From Bacillota bacterium (GTDB taxonomy: Bacteria > Bacillota > SHA-98 > Ch115), in the NCBI GenBank assembly GCA_013178415.1, contig JABLXA010000005.1:71369-135368 (forward strand): a stretch of 64,000 bases of DNA, written 5' to 3'. Below are positions 31,598 to 41,849 of this stretch, piece after piece; within the stretch, counting starts at the first letter, position 1, and each line of letters begins with the position of its first letter. The translations under genes and the position numbers were made by a program. The notes beneath the pieces were generated by a model that worked only from the letters and a program-made list of their open reading frames with translations, was not told the DNA's origin and searched no databases.

Positions 31598-32113
31598 TCA
31601 AAACCATCTGGCGACAAAGACCGACATGAGGCCCAGGATCGAATCTCTGGATGAGGAGCCGAGAACCGTCAAAAGGTGGGCGACCAGCGGTCTCTGGTTC
31701 TTTCTCGCCTCGCTGGCAATGGCTGTATTTCCATTTGACGGTGGGGAGATCACGATGTATTCAACCTTATCTGGATCAATCATGCCGAGCCGAGCGCGAG
31801 CCTCTCTTTCGACCCGCTCGAGAGAAGATAATTGAGATGCTAGAAACCTTAAACGCTCATGTTCTGTCCTGACTTCATGGAGCTTTCTCTCCACCTGGGC
31901 AAGACGATACCCTTCCACGATAGTTGCCGCTTCTATGGATAAGAAGGATAGAGCAAGGGCCGCGCATAGCCCAATGGCGACTCCTCGTACGACCATAGGA
32001 TTGAGTCTGATACTGGTTGCGGGCTTTGCCCGTCTTAGACCACCTTCAGTTCGACGAATCGGTTGCTGCACCATATCCAGAGTTCTCAGCTGAGCAGCAT
32101 TAGCCCTACCCAT
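31598..32113 (-). CDS. ftsL: FtsL-like septum-formation protein
   Basis: Single TM helix (VAIGLCAALALSFLSI) followed by a coiled coil. Lies between rsmH and the PBP gene. The true start is probably internal (MVQQPIRR). Confidence 0.7.
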   Translation of the reverse strand: MGRANAAQLRTLDMVQQPIRRTEGGLRRAKPATSIRLNPMVVRGVAIGLCAALALSFLSIEAATIVEGYRLAQVERKLHEVRTEHERLRFLASQLSSLERVEREARARLGMIDPDKVEYIVISPPSNGNTAIASEARKNQRPLVAHLLTVLGSSSRDSILGLMSVFVARWF

Positions 32114-32115
32114 AA

Positions 32116-33027
32116 TTATTCCTCCTCAAAAGCTGGTAGAACCCTTTCCGCAACCCTTAGCCTGGCGCTGCGAGCCCTGGGGTTCTGGCTTGACTCGTCC
32201 GGACTCGGGGTCACAGGCTTCTTAGTAATGGGAGACAAGAGGGGTTCTGCAAGAAATGCTCTCTTCACGATCCTATCTTCAAGAGAATGATACGAGATCA
32301 CTACAATACGTCCACCCGGGAACAATAGGCCAGGCGCTGATTTCAGAGTCTCCTCCAAAGCCCCGAGTTCGTCATTTACCGCGATTCTGAGAGCCTGGAA
32401 GGTGCGTCTTGCCGGATGAGGACCTCTCCTCCGATATGCCGCCGGGATGGCCGCCTTGATGATGTCTACCAACTGCCCTGTGGTCGAAATCTCATGAAAC
32501 CTGCGCTTCTCCACGATGAACCTCGCTATACGACGCGCAAATCTCTCCTCCCCGTATTTATCTATGATCCTTGCCAGCTCTTCCTCCGGAAGGCTGTTCA
32601 CTAAGTCCCTGGCAGTCACAGACGCCTCTTGATTCATTCGCATGTCCAGAGGTGCGTCAGTGCTGAAAGAAAAGCCTCTATCAGGCTTGTCCACTTGATG
32701 AGATGAGATACCCAGGTCCATCAATATCCCATTTACATATTTGAACCCGAGTTGCTCAAGTATCGAAGGCAGACGCCTGAAATCCCCATGGATGAGCCGC
32801 GCTCTGCCGCCAAACTGAGCCAGGGATTCAGTCGCCGCCTCTATTGCCTCCCTATCTCGATCGATGCCAACCAGAATCGTATCTTCAGGGGTTGCACGAA
32901 GAATCGCCTCTGAATGACCGCCCCCGCCTACCGTGCAATCAACATAGACTTCATTTGCCCCATGCGTCCTCTTGCCGAAGACCAGAAAGTCCAGGACCTC
33001 ATTTGTCATGACCGGGATATGATACAA
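32116..33027 (-). CDS. rsmH: 16S rRNA (cytosine1402-N4)-methyltransferase
   Basis: MYHIPVMTNEVLDFL...YVDCTVGGGGHSEAIL SAM-binding signature. Confidence 0.9.
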   Translation of the reverse strand: MYHIPVMTNEVLDFLVFGKRTHGANEVYVDCTVGGGGHSEAILRATPEDTILVGIDRDREAIEAATESLAQFGGRARLIHGDFRRLPSILEQLGFKYVNGILMDLGISSHQVDKPDRGFSFSTDAPLDMRMNQEASVTARDLVNSLPEEELARIIDKYGEERFARRIARFIVEKRRFHEISTTGQLVDIIKAAIPAAYRRRGPHPARRTFQALRIAVNDELGALEETLKSAPGLLFPGGRIVVISYHSLEDRIVKRAFLAEPLLSPITKKPVTPSPDESSQNPRARSARLRVAERVLPAFEEE

Positions 33028-33053
33028 TTGCCTCAGCCACCCTTTATGTCAAA

Positions 33054-33482
33054 TCAACCCGGGCTTACCAGGTGTTCAGCTATCTCCTCGTAGGATGCCT
33101 CAGCACGCTTAGAATACTCATCCCAGATCGGCGCGCTCCAGATTTCTATCCTTGATGAGACTCCAATTATAACCACTTCCCGATCAAGCTTCGCATATTC
33201 TCGCAGGTGTGCCGGGATCATGATCCTGCCCTGCTTGTCCAGCTCACACTCCGAAGCGCCTGCGAAGAACAAACGGCTGTAAGCCCTAGCATCACCCTTT
33301 GACAGCGGAAGCAAGGCCAGCTCCTGGCTCCTCTTTTCCCACTCCTGAATGGGAAATAGGAAGAGACATTGATCGAGGCCTTTGGTGACCACCGAGTGCT
33401 GCCCCAGCTCGTCCCTAAAGCGAGAGGGAATGATGACTCGCCCCTTTTCATCTATGGCATGTTGGTATGATCCTATAAACAC
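33054..33482 (-). CDS. mraZ: transcriptional regulator MraZ
   Basis: Two tandem MraZ (SpoVT/AbrB-like) domains with DEKGR(V/I)IIP motifs. GTG start at 33482 (VFIGSYQHAIDEKGRVIIP). The upstream extension in the track ORF overlaps the operator repeats. Confidence 0.85.
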   Translation of the reverse strand: MFIGSYQHAIDEKGRVIIPSRFRDELGQHSVVTKGLDQCLFLFPIQEWEKRSQELALLPLSKGDARAYSRLFFAGASECELDKQGRIMIPAHLREYAKLDREVVIIGVSSRIEIWSAPIWDEYSKRAEASYEEIAEHLVSPG

Positions 33483-33524
33483 ATTATCGGCCCCAATCCA
33501 CCACAATGCCCCACTTTGCTCCAC
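33483..33524 (-). promoter_or_regulatory. putative MraZ operator (three GTGG[AGT]G direct repeats at 10-nt period)
   Basis: Minus strand reads GTGGAGcaaaGTGGGGcattGTGGTGgattGGGG directly upstream of the mraZ GTG start. This matches the known MraZ TGGGN direct-repeat operator architecture. Confidence 0.5.
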
Positions 33525-33728
33525 TATGACAATTTTTCTCTTCTATAAAGATCCTGCAATTCCTTCTTTCTGTGACCAAAGAAATAGAAATAATCGCGAG
33601 GTCCATTCCGGCAGATTGCTCCATGCCGGGCGTACACGACTAAGGCAGGAGCCTGGGGCTCCTGCCTATAATCCGAGCAGACCATATTCTACGTAGACCC
33701 ACATGCTGCCGTCGCCATAGTCGCAATC

Positions 33729-34367
33729 TTATTGGCCCACGGCAGCCTGGATGGGGCCTTTTCGCCTTGGACGGCCTGATCTCTGGGATACTCGCCTCTC
33801 TATCGACATGAGATATACGGTCTTTGTGCCAGAATCGAAACTGCGGCTTACAAAACCTTCCTTTGCAAAACCACAGCTTTCGTAACATTTGATGGCTCTT
33901 ATATTATCTCTATAGACCCTAAGGTAGATGCGCTTGAGTCCAAGCTCATTAAACGCAAATGCAACCAGAGCAGACACAGCATCGCGACCATAGCCTTGAT
34001 TCCAGTAATCCTTATTCGCGATCCTGATGATCAACTCGGCCTCCCCAGCCCTCCAGCTGATCTCGGCTAGGCCGATATCCCCAATCATCTGGCCGTCCTT
34101 CGTCCAGACACCAAAAATCTTGCTATTCCGACCATTGATCATTCGCCTATACCATTCATCATGGGTAAAATGCCCTTTCGAATCCCAACCGATCAGACCC
34201 TTTATCTCCTCGTCCTCGTTCCACGCGGTGACTATCTTGATATCTTCCTCGGTGAGGGGGCGTAGCGCCACCTTTGCTCCAGAAATCAATTCCGTGACAC
34301 CTCTTCCTCCAGAGCAACCCACCTCACATCCCTGGTTAAGACTAATTCGCCAACAGAGCCATATCAC
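33729..34367 (-). CDS. GNAT family N-acetyltransferase
   Basis: Acetyl-CoA binding motif region NQGYGRDAVSALVAFAFNELGLKRIYL and an overall GNAT fold pattern. The start is uncertain. Confidence 0.7.
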   Translation of the reverse strand: MIWLCWRISLNQGCEVGCSGGRGVTELISGAKVALRPLTEEDIKIVTAWNEDEEIKGLIGWDSKGHFTHDEWYRRMINGRNSKIFGVWTKDGQMIGDIGLAEISWRAGEAELIIRIANKDYWNQGYGRDAVSALVAFAFNELGLKRIYLRVYRDNIRAIKCYESCGFAKEGFVSRSFDSGTKTVYLMSIERRVSQRSGRPRRKGPIQAAVGQ

Positions 34368-34436
34368 CTTTATGTAATTCTATCCGGTTTCGGGAGAAGA
34401 GCCCAACATGATCAACAAGAAATACGCTTGTCAACG

Positions 34437-34697
34437 CTAGCGCGGCTGGACAATGAGCTTTATGGCGGTCCTCTCCTCACCATCGATCTCGACGTCTGTG
34501 AAAGCAGGTATCATGACCAAATCAACACCGCTAGGCGCCACAAATCCCCGGGCAATGGCCACGGCTTTCACGGCCTGATTGAGGGCACCCGCTCCAATCG
34601 CCTGGATTTCCGCGCTACCCCTTTCCCGAACGACACCTGCAAGCGCACCGGCTACCGAATTTGGATTTGACTTCGCTGATACCTTTAGGACATCCAT
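34437..34697 (-). CDS. spoVS: stage V sporulation protein S
   Basis: 86 aa, MDVLKVSAKSNPNSVAGALAGVVRERGSAEIQAIGAGALNQAVKAVAIARGF, near-identical to Bacillus SpoVS. Confidence 0.9.
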   Translation of the reverse strand: MDVLKVSAKSNPNSVAGALAGVVRERGSAEIQAIGAGALNQAVKAVAIARGFVAPSGVDLVMIPAFTDVEIDGEERTAIKLIVQPR

Positions 34698-34771
34698 TCT
34701 TCAGCAAGCCTCCTTTATCTATCCGACATTCTCTGGCATGTGTTGCTCCCCGCGTGATCCCGCCGAATCAT

Positions 34772-35557
34772 CTAATCATCCAGAACCTGATTTATCCTGG
34801 TTATATTGATCGCCTGGCCTGTTTCGTCACAGGCATCGATGATGACTCCCCCGAGGACCACCGGCCCCTGCGCCACCTCGAATTTGACAGGGAGCTGGGA
34901 CGTGAATCTTTCGATCACAAGCTCCTTCTTGAACCCGATTATCGAATCCCGAGGCCCCGTCATCCCCACATCTGTTATGTACGCTGTCCCGTTAGCAAGT
35001 ATCCTCTCGTCCGAAGTTTGAATATGGGTGTGGGTACCAATAACGGCCGTGACCTTACCATCGAGAAACCACCCCATCGCTGCTTTCTCAGAAGTGGCCT
35101 CTGCGTGGAAATCCACCACGATCACCCGGCATAGAGGAGAAAGCCTCTCAAGGATTTCCCCTGCGACACGGAAGGGAGAGTCAAGGGGATCCATAAAAGT
35201 TCTTCCGGCCAGGTTGATGATACCTACGTCCCTTCCATCCTGTAGATGGAATACGCAGTCCCCGCGACCGGGAGCCCCAGGTGGATAATTGGCTGGTCGA
35301 AGGACCCTAGGATCTGATTCAAGAAATCCCGTGAACTCCTTCTTCTTCCATACATGATTCCCGGTAGTTAGTATATGAACGCCAGCCTTGAACATTTCCT
35401 CCGCCGTCTCTGCCGTAAGCCCCATTCCTCCTGCCGCATTTTCACCATTTACAGCCACAAAATCTATTTCATGTTCTGTGATGAGTCGCGGCAAGATTTT
35501 CGCAAGGGCTCTCCTGCCTGGCCTGCCTATAACGTCGCCTATAAAAAGAATTCTCAC
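34772..35557 (-). CDS. ymdB: YmdB-family metallophosphoesterase (2',3'-cNMP phosphodiesterase)
   Basis: MRILFIGDVIGRPGRRAL...NGENAAGGMGL...GNHVWKKKE. Conserved rny-ymdB-spoVS synteny. Confidence 0.85.
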   Translation of the reverse strand: MRILFIGDVIGRPGRRALAKILPRLITEHEIDFVAVNGENAAGGMGLTAETAEEMFKAGVHILTTGNHVWKKKEFTGFLESDPRVLRPANYPPGAPGRGDCVFHLQDGRDVGIINLAGRTFMDPLDSPFRVAGEILERLSPLCRVIVVDFHAEATSEKAAMGWFLDGKVTAVIGTHTHIQTSDERILANGTAYITDVGMTGPRDSIIGFKKELVIERFTSQLPVKFEVAQGPVVLGGVIIDACDETGQAINITRINQVLDD

Positions 35558-35588
35558 TCAACAAAACACCGCCTGCGAAATAAACTCG

Positions 35589-36152
35589 CTACCTGCGTCC
35601 CTGTGCGAGTTTATTGAAGATCACGACCCGCCCTTCCTCTCTAAACCCTATGAGCTTGGCCCCTTCCCTCGATTCTCTCAGATCATCCAACATATTTGCG
35701 ATCATTTCGTCCTGCGCCATCCGTTCCTCTTCCATCAACGCAGCCTCATGGTCTACCACGAGGTTCCTGGCGAGGACTTCATTGGCCAGGTCAATTATCA
35801 GGGAGATCTCATCGTGGGTGAGTGTCATGACGTCCCGTCGTATCGTAATGAGACAGAAATTGCCGGCCTCAGTTTTATCTACTTCAAACTGGGAAGGCTC
35901 TATATCGATGAGAGATTGATAGCTGGAAAGGCTTTCACGAAGCTTCTTCTCAAATGCATCAAGAAGCTCTTTGAACGACCTCTCTTTTTCAGGCTTACCG
36001 GCATGTTTTCTGATTATGAGAGTGAACTTGAGACACCTGCCGCGGGGATCGAATCTCACCGTTGCAATCTCGGGGTAGCGAACCAAAATGGACATGAGCA
36101 AGTTAACACTGGTTTGTGCCCGATCATCTAGTTCATGCCTCGGCCATCCCAT
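35589..36152 (-). CDS. hypothetical protein inserted between rny and ymdB
   Basis: 187 aa soluble protein with good ORF length and a tight 31-nt gap to ymdB. I recognise no family. The likely start is the internal MSILVRYPE. Confidence 0.4.
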   Translation of the reverse strand: MGWPRHELDDRAQTSVNLLMSILVRYPEIATVRFDPRGRCLKFTLIIRKHAGKPEKERSFKELLDAFEKKLRESLSSYQSLIDIEPSQFEVDKTEAGNFCLITIRRDVMTLTHDEISLIIDLANEVLARNLVVDHEAALMEEERMAQDEMIANMLDDLRESREGAKLIGFREEGRVVIFNKLAQGRR

Positions 36153-36225
36153 TGCTGCATCCCCTTTCTAGCACCCGATGCCGCTGGCCGGGGTTTACCC
36201 CCCGCCAGCGAGATCAGGCTTCCCA

Positions 36226-37806
36226 TTACTTTGCCCAGTCCACTGCACGTGTTTCTCGTATGACTGTGACCTTGATCTGTCCAGGATATTCTAAATCCTC
36301 CTCCACTTTCTTGACAATATTCTTAGCGAGCCGTATGATGCCGAGGTCATCAACCTTCTCGGGTTTCACGATGATTCTTACTTCTCTACCCGCTTGAATA
36401 GCATACGCCTTTTCGACACCATCAAATGAGTCCGCTATTCTCTCAAGTTTCTCAAGGCGCTTTATATAAGCATCAAGAGTCTCACGCCGCGCTCCCGGCC
36501 TCGCGGCCGAGATAGCATCGGCTGCCTGAACCAAGACCGCTTCAACAGTCCTTGGCTCCTCATCTCCGTGGTGAGCGCAGATAGCATGAATGACCTCGGG
36601 ACTCTCCTTATATTTCCTTGCCAGTTCAGCGCCTATCTGCACATGCGGGCCTTCGACATCATGGTCCACGGCCTTTCCGATATCATGCAGCAACCCTGCC
36701 CTTTTTGCCAGCGCTATATCCGCGCCCAGCTCGGCAGCCATTACCGACGCAAGATTCGCGACCTCCATAGAATGCATGAGCACATTCTGTCCATAACTGG
36801 TCCTGTACCTAAGCCTTCCGAGAAGCTTAATGAGTTCAGGATGGAGGCCGATCACCCCGGTTTCGACCGCGGCCCGTTCACCCTCTTCCTTTATTGTATT
36901 CTCAACTTCCTTCTGGGCCTTTTCCACCATTTCCTCTATCCGTGCCGGGTGGATCCGGCCGTCGCTCACCAGTTTTTCGAGGGCGATACGGGCGACCTCT
37001 CTTCTCACAGGATCAAATCCCGAGAGAATTACAGCTTCAGGGGTGTCGTCGATGATGACATCTATGCCAGTCAATGTCTCCAAGGTCCGGATATTTCTTC
37101 CTTCACGCCCTATGATTCGGCCCTTCATCTCGTCATTCGGTAAGGCCACCACGGATGCAGTAGCCTCAGCCACTTGTTCCGCCGCAGACTTCTGAATGGC
37201 GAGCGAGATCACCTCTCGAGCGCGCTTATCAGCTTCCTCCCTCGCGCTCGCTTCGATCTCCCTGATCATCATGGCAGCCTCATGTCGGACTTCATTCTCT
37301 ATCTCCTTCAACAAGAGCTCTCGGGCCTGCTCAGAGGAAAGTCCGGAGATTCTTTCTAATTCGGCCCTCTGCCTGGCAAGGAGTTCGTCCAGCTCCTGCC
37401 GCGAGCGGTCAAGTTCCTGAGATCTGCGATTGATGCTCTCTTCCTTTTTTTCAATAGCATCCGATTTTCGATCGAGCTGTTCCTCCTTCTGCAGAAGCCG
37501 CCGCTCGATCCTTTGCAGCTCAATTCTTCTATCCCGAATCTCCCGGTCAAGCTCAGCCCTGATCTTGTGACTTTCTTCCTTAGCTTCAAGCGTAGCCTCA
37601 CGGATCCTCGCCTCAGCAGCCCTTTCCGCCTCTTCAACTATCTTCTTGGCGGCCGTCTCTGCTGACGCAATCTTCGCCTCGGCGCTAAGTTTACGTAGAA
37701 AATAACCGATAGCAATACCGGCAATGAACAAAAAAATCATGCCTACGCCGATCCCAATTACATTAATACTCTCTCCACCTCCAATCCCCTTGAAAGGGCT
37801 CAACAT
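36226..37806 (-). CDS. rny: ribonuclease Y
   Basis: N-terminal TM helix ending GYFLRK, a coiled coil, a KH domain and an HD domain ([12 protein letters not shown]). Start MLSPF at 37806 gives 526 aa; the track ORF extends to 37908. Confidence 0.85.
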   Translation of the reverse strand: MLSPFKGIGGGESINVIGIGVGMIFLFIAGIAIGYFLRKLSAEAKIASAETAAKKIVEEAERAAEARIREATLEAKEESHKIRAELDREIRDRRIELQRIERRLLQKEEQLDRKSDAIEKKEESINRRSQELDRSRQELDELLARQRAELERISGLSSEQARELLLKEIENEVRHEAAMMIREIEASAREEADKRAREVISLAIQKSAAEQVAEATASVVALPNDEMKGRIIGREGRNIRTLETLTGIDVIIDDTPEAVILSGFDPVRREVARIALEKLVSDGRIHPARIEEMVEKAQKEVENTIKEEGERAAVETGVIGLHPELIKLLGRLRYRTSYGQNVLMHSMEVANLASVMAAELGADIALAKRAGLLHDIGKAVDHDVEGPHVQIGAELARKYKESPEVIHAICAHHGDEEPRTVEAVLVQAADAISAARPGARRETLDAYIKRLEKLERIADSFDGVEKAYAIQAGREVRIIVKPEKVDDLGIIRLAKNIVKKVEEDLEYPGQIKVTVIRETRAVDWAK

Positions 37807-37916
37807 ATGCCGATGAAGATGTCCTCTTGAGGATCCATCAATATTCGGCTGAAATCTCTCAAAATCGGCCAGAATCGCCGATTCAAGCCCGCTACTGTCG
37901 AGCCTCAAGGCAGATT

Positions 37917-38453
37917 TTACTTGTTTCCACTATCAGTGTCAAGCAAACTCGAAAAGATCTCATTTGTGACCTTCTCAATGGTCGGAAATTCGAAACCTCG
38001 CCGGGCTAGGCAGGAAATGAGACGCCTTCTCGCGGTTTCAGGATCCAGGCCTCGATATGCCTTGGAGCGTCCAGCAGCTACATGGCGTGCGAGTTCAAAC
38101 TCATCTACCGTGGAAAACACCTCTTCGAGAACCTCATCAACCAGAGACGGTTTGATCCCCTTTTTTATGAGCTCAAATCGAATGAGGGCCCTACCATATC
38201 CTTTCAATTCCACCCTTTCAAGGGCCCAGTCACGAGCAAATTGCATATCATTTAGGTAGCCCAGCTCCTTGAGTCGCGCCAGCACCGATGCCACAACGCT
38301 ATCGGCGAAACCGAGCCTCAAAAGACGATCTTTGAGCTCCTCTTCGGTGCGAGCACGCATGGTAAGGAGTCTAAGCGCCTTTGACATACACTTGGACCTG
38401 GAACGCGCCTCTGCCTCCCCTGAGACCTGTGGCAATACTTCGCCTCCTACCAT
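37917..38453 (-). CDS. recX: recombination regulator RecX
   Basis: Three-helix repeat pattern [15 protein letters not shown]..., immediately downstream of recA. The start may be internal. Confidence 0.8.
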   Translation of the reverse strand: MVGGEVLPQVSGEAEARSRSKCMSKALRLLTMRARTEEELKDRLLRLGFADSVVASVLARLKELGYLNDMQFARDWALERVELKGYGRALIRFELIKKGIKPSLVDEVLEEVFSTVDEFELARHVAAGRSKAYRGLDPETARRRLISCLARRGFEFPTIEKVTNEIFSSLLDTDSGNK

Positions 38454-38501
38454 TCGATCATCTATGGATAACGTTTCTGCAAAAACCCGCGGAATCCTCT
38501 A

Positions 38502-39560
38502 TCATTCGGCCTTGCCGTCACCTGTCTCCGCATCTTTGCCGCTTTCAGCAGCCGCGGTCGATCCCGGACGGGCGGGAAGGCCAAGGCTCTGCCTTATCCT
38601 GCTCTCGATCTCATCCCTGATCTGTATGTTTTCCTTAAGGAATTGCCTGGCATTCTCACGACCTTGCCCTAGCCTCACATCACCATATGAATACCATGTC
38701 CCGGCTCGCGAGACGACATTGTAAGCTTCCCCAAGGTCGAGTATGTCCCCTTCCTTGGAGATCCCTTCTCCATAAAGTATATCGAATTCCGCTTCCTTGA
38801 ATGGGGGCGCGATTTTATTCTTGACAACTTTGGCCTTGGTCCGGCTCCCTATGGTATCCCCACCCTGCTTCAAGACTTCGACCCTCCGTATTTCGAGCCT
38901 TATAGTGGCATAGAATTTGAGCGCTCGGCCTCCGGGCGTGGTCTCGGGGTTACCGAACATCACCCCGACCTTCTCACGCAATTGGTTTATGAATACAGCC
39001 GATGTCTTGGATTTGGAAATAGCGCCCGTAAGCTTCCTCAAAGCCTGGGACATGAGCCTTGCCTGCAGGCCTACATGTGCGTCCCCCATCTCCCCCTCTA
39101 TCTCAGCCCGGGGCGCCAGTGCCGCCACAGAATCCACCACCACGACATCAACCGAACCGCTCCTCACCAAAGCCTCAGCGATTTCAAGGGCCTGCTCTCC
39201 TGTGTCCGGCTGCGAAATCAGAAGGTTATCTACATCAACCCCAAGTTTGCGAGCATATACCGGATCGAGGGCATGTTCAGCATCGATGAATGCCGCTATC
39301 CCGCCCAATTTCTGGGCCTCCGCTATTATATGAAGCGCCACCGTCGTCTTACCTGAGGATTCGGGTCCGTAAATCTCCACGACTCTTCCTCTGGGAACCC
39401 CTCCGACCCCAAGGGCGATGTCCAGAGCAAGGGACCCTGTAGGGATCACCTCCACGGCCAGTCTCGCGTTGGCCTCCCCTAGACGCATTATGGAACCCTT
39501 GCCAAACTGGCGCTCGATTTGAGAGATCGCCATTTCTAGAGCTTTCTGTTTTTCCATCAA
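38502..39560 (-). CDS. recA: recombinase RecA
   Basis: 352 aa with Walker [10 protein letters not shown], the [11 protein letters not shown] region and an acidic C-terminus. Confidence 0.95.
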   Translation of the reverse strand: MMEKQKALEMAISQIERQFGKGSIMRLGEANARLAVEVIPTGSLALDIALGVGGVPRGRVVEIYGPESSGKTTVALHIIAEAQKLGGIAAFIDAEHALDPVYARKLGVDVDNLLISQPDTGEQALEIAEALVRSGSVDVVVVDSVAALAPRAEIEGEMGDAHVGLQARLMSQALRKLTGAISKSKTSAVFINQLREKVGVMFGNPETTPGGRALKFYATIRLEIRRVEVLKQGGDTIGSRTKAKVVKNKIAPPFKEAEFDILYGEGISKEGDILDLGEAYNVVSRAGTWYSYGDVRLGQGRENARQFLKENIQIRDEIESRIRQSLGLPARPGSTAAAESGKDAETGDGKAE

Positions 39561-39664
39561 TGTCCACCCGGGTAGGACGCCCTACCTCAAAGCGGCCCTC
39601 CTCCCTTCATTTCCCCATCTATCTCCATTGCATATGAAGATTTATACAGAAATATTTTACCATA

Positions 39665-39676
39665 GAACACTTGTTC
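39665..39676. promoter_or_regulatory. LexA (Cheo/DinR) box GAACAAGTGTTC upstream of recA
   Basis: Palindrome GAAC-N4-GTTC on the recA coding strand about 105 nt upstream of the start. It is followed by TGGTAAAAT, an extended -10-like element. Confidence 0.55.
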
Positions 39677-39746
39677 CCGCAATTAAACCCAGATGTCGGA
39701 CGTCGTAAAGCCAAAATAGACGGATATGGGGCCGCCTGGCCCGCCC

Positions 39747-40361
39747 TCACTTGCCTTGTTTTGTAAGCCGAACGCATTCTAGCACTGTATAGACAGGCCC
39801 GCTCCTCTTGAGATCGCTCCGCATGAGGCAGATTTCGGACACCCTGGTGATGCCCACCTCGACGCTGGCAAGGCGTTGAATGGTCTCCGCCAGACCGCGG
39901 AGGCCATGGTCTGACTTTACCCTCCCAAGGGTCAGATGAGGGACAAAGACCTTCCCTTCTTTCGGTATACCATATGATGCCGACATCTCTTCAATCTCGC
40001 GAGCCAATGCCCTCAGTTTTTCCTTACCATTACCTGTACCCAGCCATATGACTCTCGGCCGGCTTACACTGGGGAATGCCCCAAGCCCTGAGATGGCCAG
40101 ATCAAAAGACGAAGCGGACTCGGCGACCCCCATGATCCCTTCCCTGATATTCGCGATAATACCCTCATCGATCTCCCCGAGGAATTTGAGTGTAAAGTGA
40201 AGGTTCTCCGGATCGATCCATTTTACCCCTGCACTGTCGCTCTCGGCCTTCAAAGTATCCTGGATCTCCCTGATCCTCGGCACCAGCGCCTGATCAATGC
40301 CACAAGCAATAAAACTTCGTACGAATCCCAAAGGCATCATCCTTCCTTTATGATATATCAT
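39747..40361 (-). CDS. thpR: RNA 2',3'-cyclic phosphodiesterase ThpR/LigT (2H family)
   Basis: Two H-x-T-x motifs (HFTLKFLG, HLTLGRVK) at the typical spacing. Confidence 0.75.
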   Translation of the reverse strand: MIYHKGRMMPLGFVRSFIACGIDQALVPRIREIQDTLKAESDSAGVKWIDPENLHFTLKFLGEIDEGIIANIREGIMGVAESASSFDLAISGLGAFPSVSRPRVIWLGTGNGKEKLRALAREIEEMSASYGIPKEGKVFVPHLTLGRVKSDHGLRGLAETIQRLASVEVGITRVSEICLMRSDLKRSGPVYTVLECVRLTKQGK

Positions 40362-40397
40362 TCGACGTCAGGAAGAATTTCCCTTCAAACTCATTCA

Positions 40398-41849
40398 TCA
40401 AAAGTGCTTTTCTCTCTGTATATCTCCGGCAATTATCCTGCGTTCCAGGGTAAGCCCTCCTGTCTGCTGGGAGACTGTTATGGTGTCAACGGCTATCAGC
40501 CTCACCTGTTCTGGAGAACTAGAAGAGTCACGGGACCTTGAAAAATGCAGCAGCGCCAGAGTCATAGGAACGCCGCCTGTCTTTTCCAGTCCCCTGATGC
40601 CTGCTCCTCCTGTGGATCCAGCGTCTATGAGTATGCTATTCCTTCTTTCCTGGACTCTGAGTCTATGATCATGGCCATATAGAATCACCGGCGCCCTCCC
40701 GATCAAAGCCTCAGCTTGCCGGGGGTCGTGAACGGCAATAATATCAGGCGCCTTTTGCAGTCGACTCATTATACTCATAGCTTTCTCATTCGAAGCCATG
40801 ATTTCCTCGTCAGTTGAAGCATCCATCGTGACCCTAGAAGCCCCCGGATCGTCTATTCCGAATATAGTGATCCCATTAATGGAAAGAAATCTCCCGCCAG
40901 CCAGGCGTACATTGGGGTGGACCGCCATGGCCTCCAGCACAGAGGGCGAATCATGGTTCCCGCCCACGAAAACATAAGGAACCGAGAGCGCCGAAACCGG
41001 AGACATGAGTCTTGCTTCCAGATATGTCCCATAATCAGTGAAATCGCCAGTATCTACCACAATATCAACCTTGAAACTTTTTACGATTTGATCTAGGAAG
41101 TTCACGGCCTCGGCGTTATTGTGCAGATCCGAAATATGAAGGACCCTTATGAATTTCCCTTCAGCTGTAATCGGCTGCAAAGCCTCGATCTGCCCGAAGA
41201 TCTTGCTGGAATTATCTGCAATGGCCATTATGCTATCTTTTAGTTCTCCTACCTTGCCAACACTTTTATCTAGCACGCCGAGCATCCACGGGGCAGCTTC
41301 TATCACTCCTGTATACCTGGCCTGTTCAAAGGACTTCGCGTCGAAGGTGACATATGTTCCCACCATGAGGGAAACGGCGAATAATATGCCAGCCAGGGAT
41401 CCGCCGATTATCCGGCGCACTCTGGCAGGTCTGATAAAGATATATACAAACGCCGCCCCCCCTAAACCACCAAGCATCAAAACCAAGAGACAGAGCCGGT
41501 AGAGCATGCTAGTCGCAGCTTCCTGTATGATGCTGGAGAAGGCGAGATTCTCGCCGGAAGACATAGCCACAAGTCGACTTATAGCATCCGGATCTATGCC
41601 GTCTAATCGTAGTAAGATAGCCAGGGGGAATTTATGAGTTGGAGCAGTGGCTGACCCCAGAGGGGGCAGGGCTAGAGTAGTGCCAGGGCGACCAATGCCC
41701 ACTCTTATGCTGAAGTTAAGCCCTGCCACCTGGTAGCTGAATTTGCCCCAGATTCCGATGAAGACTGAAGCGCCTATGATGGCTACCAGAATATAGATAA
41801 AAGGCAACAGGTGAACTGGAGGGAACCTCCCATGCGACCTCATTCTCAC
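40398..41849 (-). CDS. membrane-anchored calcineurin-like metallophosphoesterase
   Basis: About 5 N-terminal TM helices, then an MPE domain (VLHISDLHNN, DTGDFTDYG, GGNHD, GHDH). Confidence 0.7.
   Translation of the reverse strand: MRMRSHGRFPPVHLLPFIYILVAIIGASVFIGIWGKFSYQVAGLNFSIRVGIGRPGTTLALPPLGSATAPTHKFPLAILLRLDGIDPDAISRLVAMSSGENLAFSSIIQEAATSMLYRLCLLVLMLGGLGGAAFVYIFIRPARVRRIIGGSLAGILFAVSLMVGTYVTFDAKSFEQARYTGVIEAAPWMLGVLDKSVGKVGELKDSIMAIADNSSKIFGQIEALQPITAEGKFIRVLHISDLHNNAEAVNFLDQIVKSFKVDIVVDTGDFTDYGTYLEARLMSPVSALSVPYVFVGGNHDSPSVLEAMAVHPNVRLAGGRFLSINGITIFGIDDPGASRVTMDASTDEEIMASNEKAMSIMSRLQKAPDIIAVHDPRQAEALIGRAPVILYGHDHRLRVQERRNSILIDAGSTGGAGIRGLEKTGGVPMTLALLHFSRSRDSSSSPEQVRLIAVDTITVSQQTGGLTLERRIIAGDIQREKHF

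Noticed and set aside
33382-33696. 104-aa plus-strand ORF spanning the mraZ promoter
   Set aside because: Overlaps the mraZ 5' end and operator on the wrong strand. No RBS and no motifs.
35388-36131. 247-aa plus-strand ORF
   Set aside because: Antisense to ymdB and the adjacent minus-strand gene. Low-complexity S/A/P-rich translation typical of reverse-frame artefacts in GC-rich DNA.
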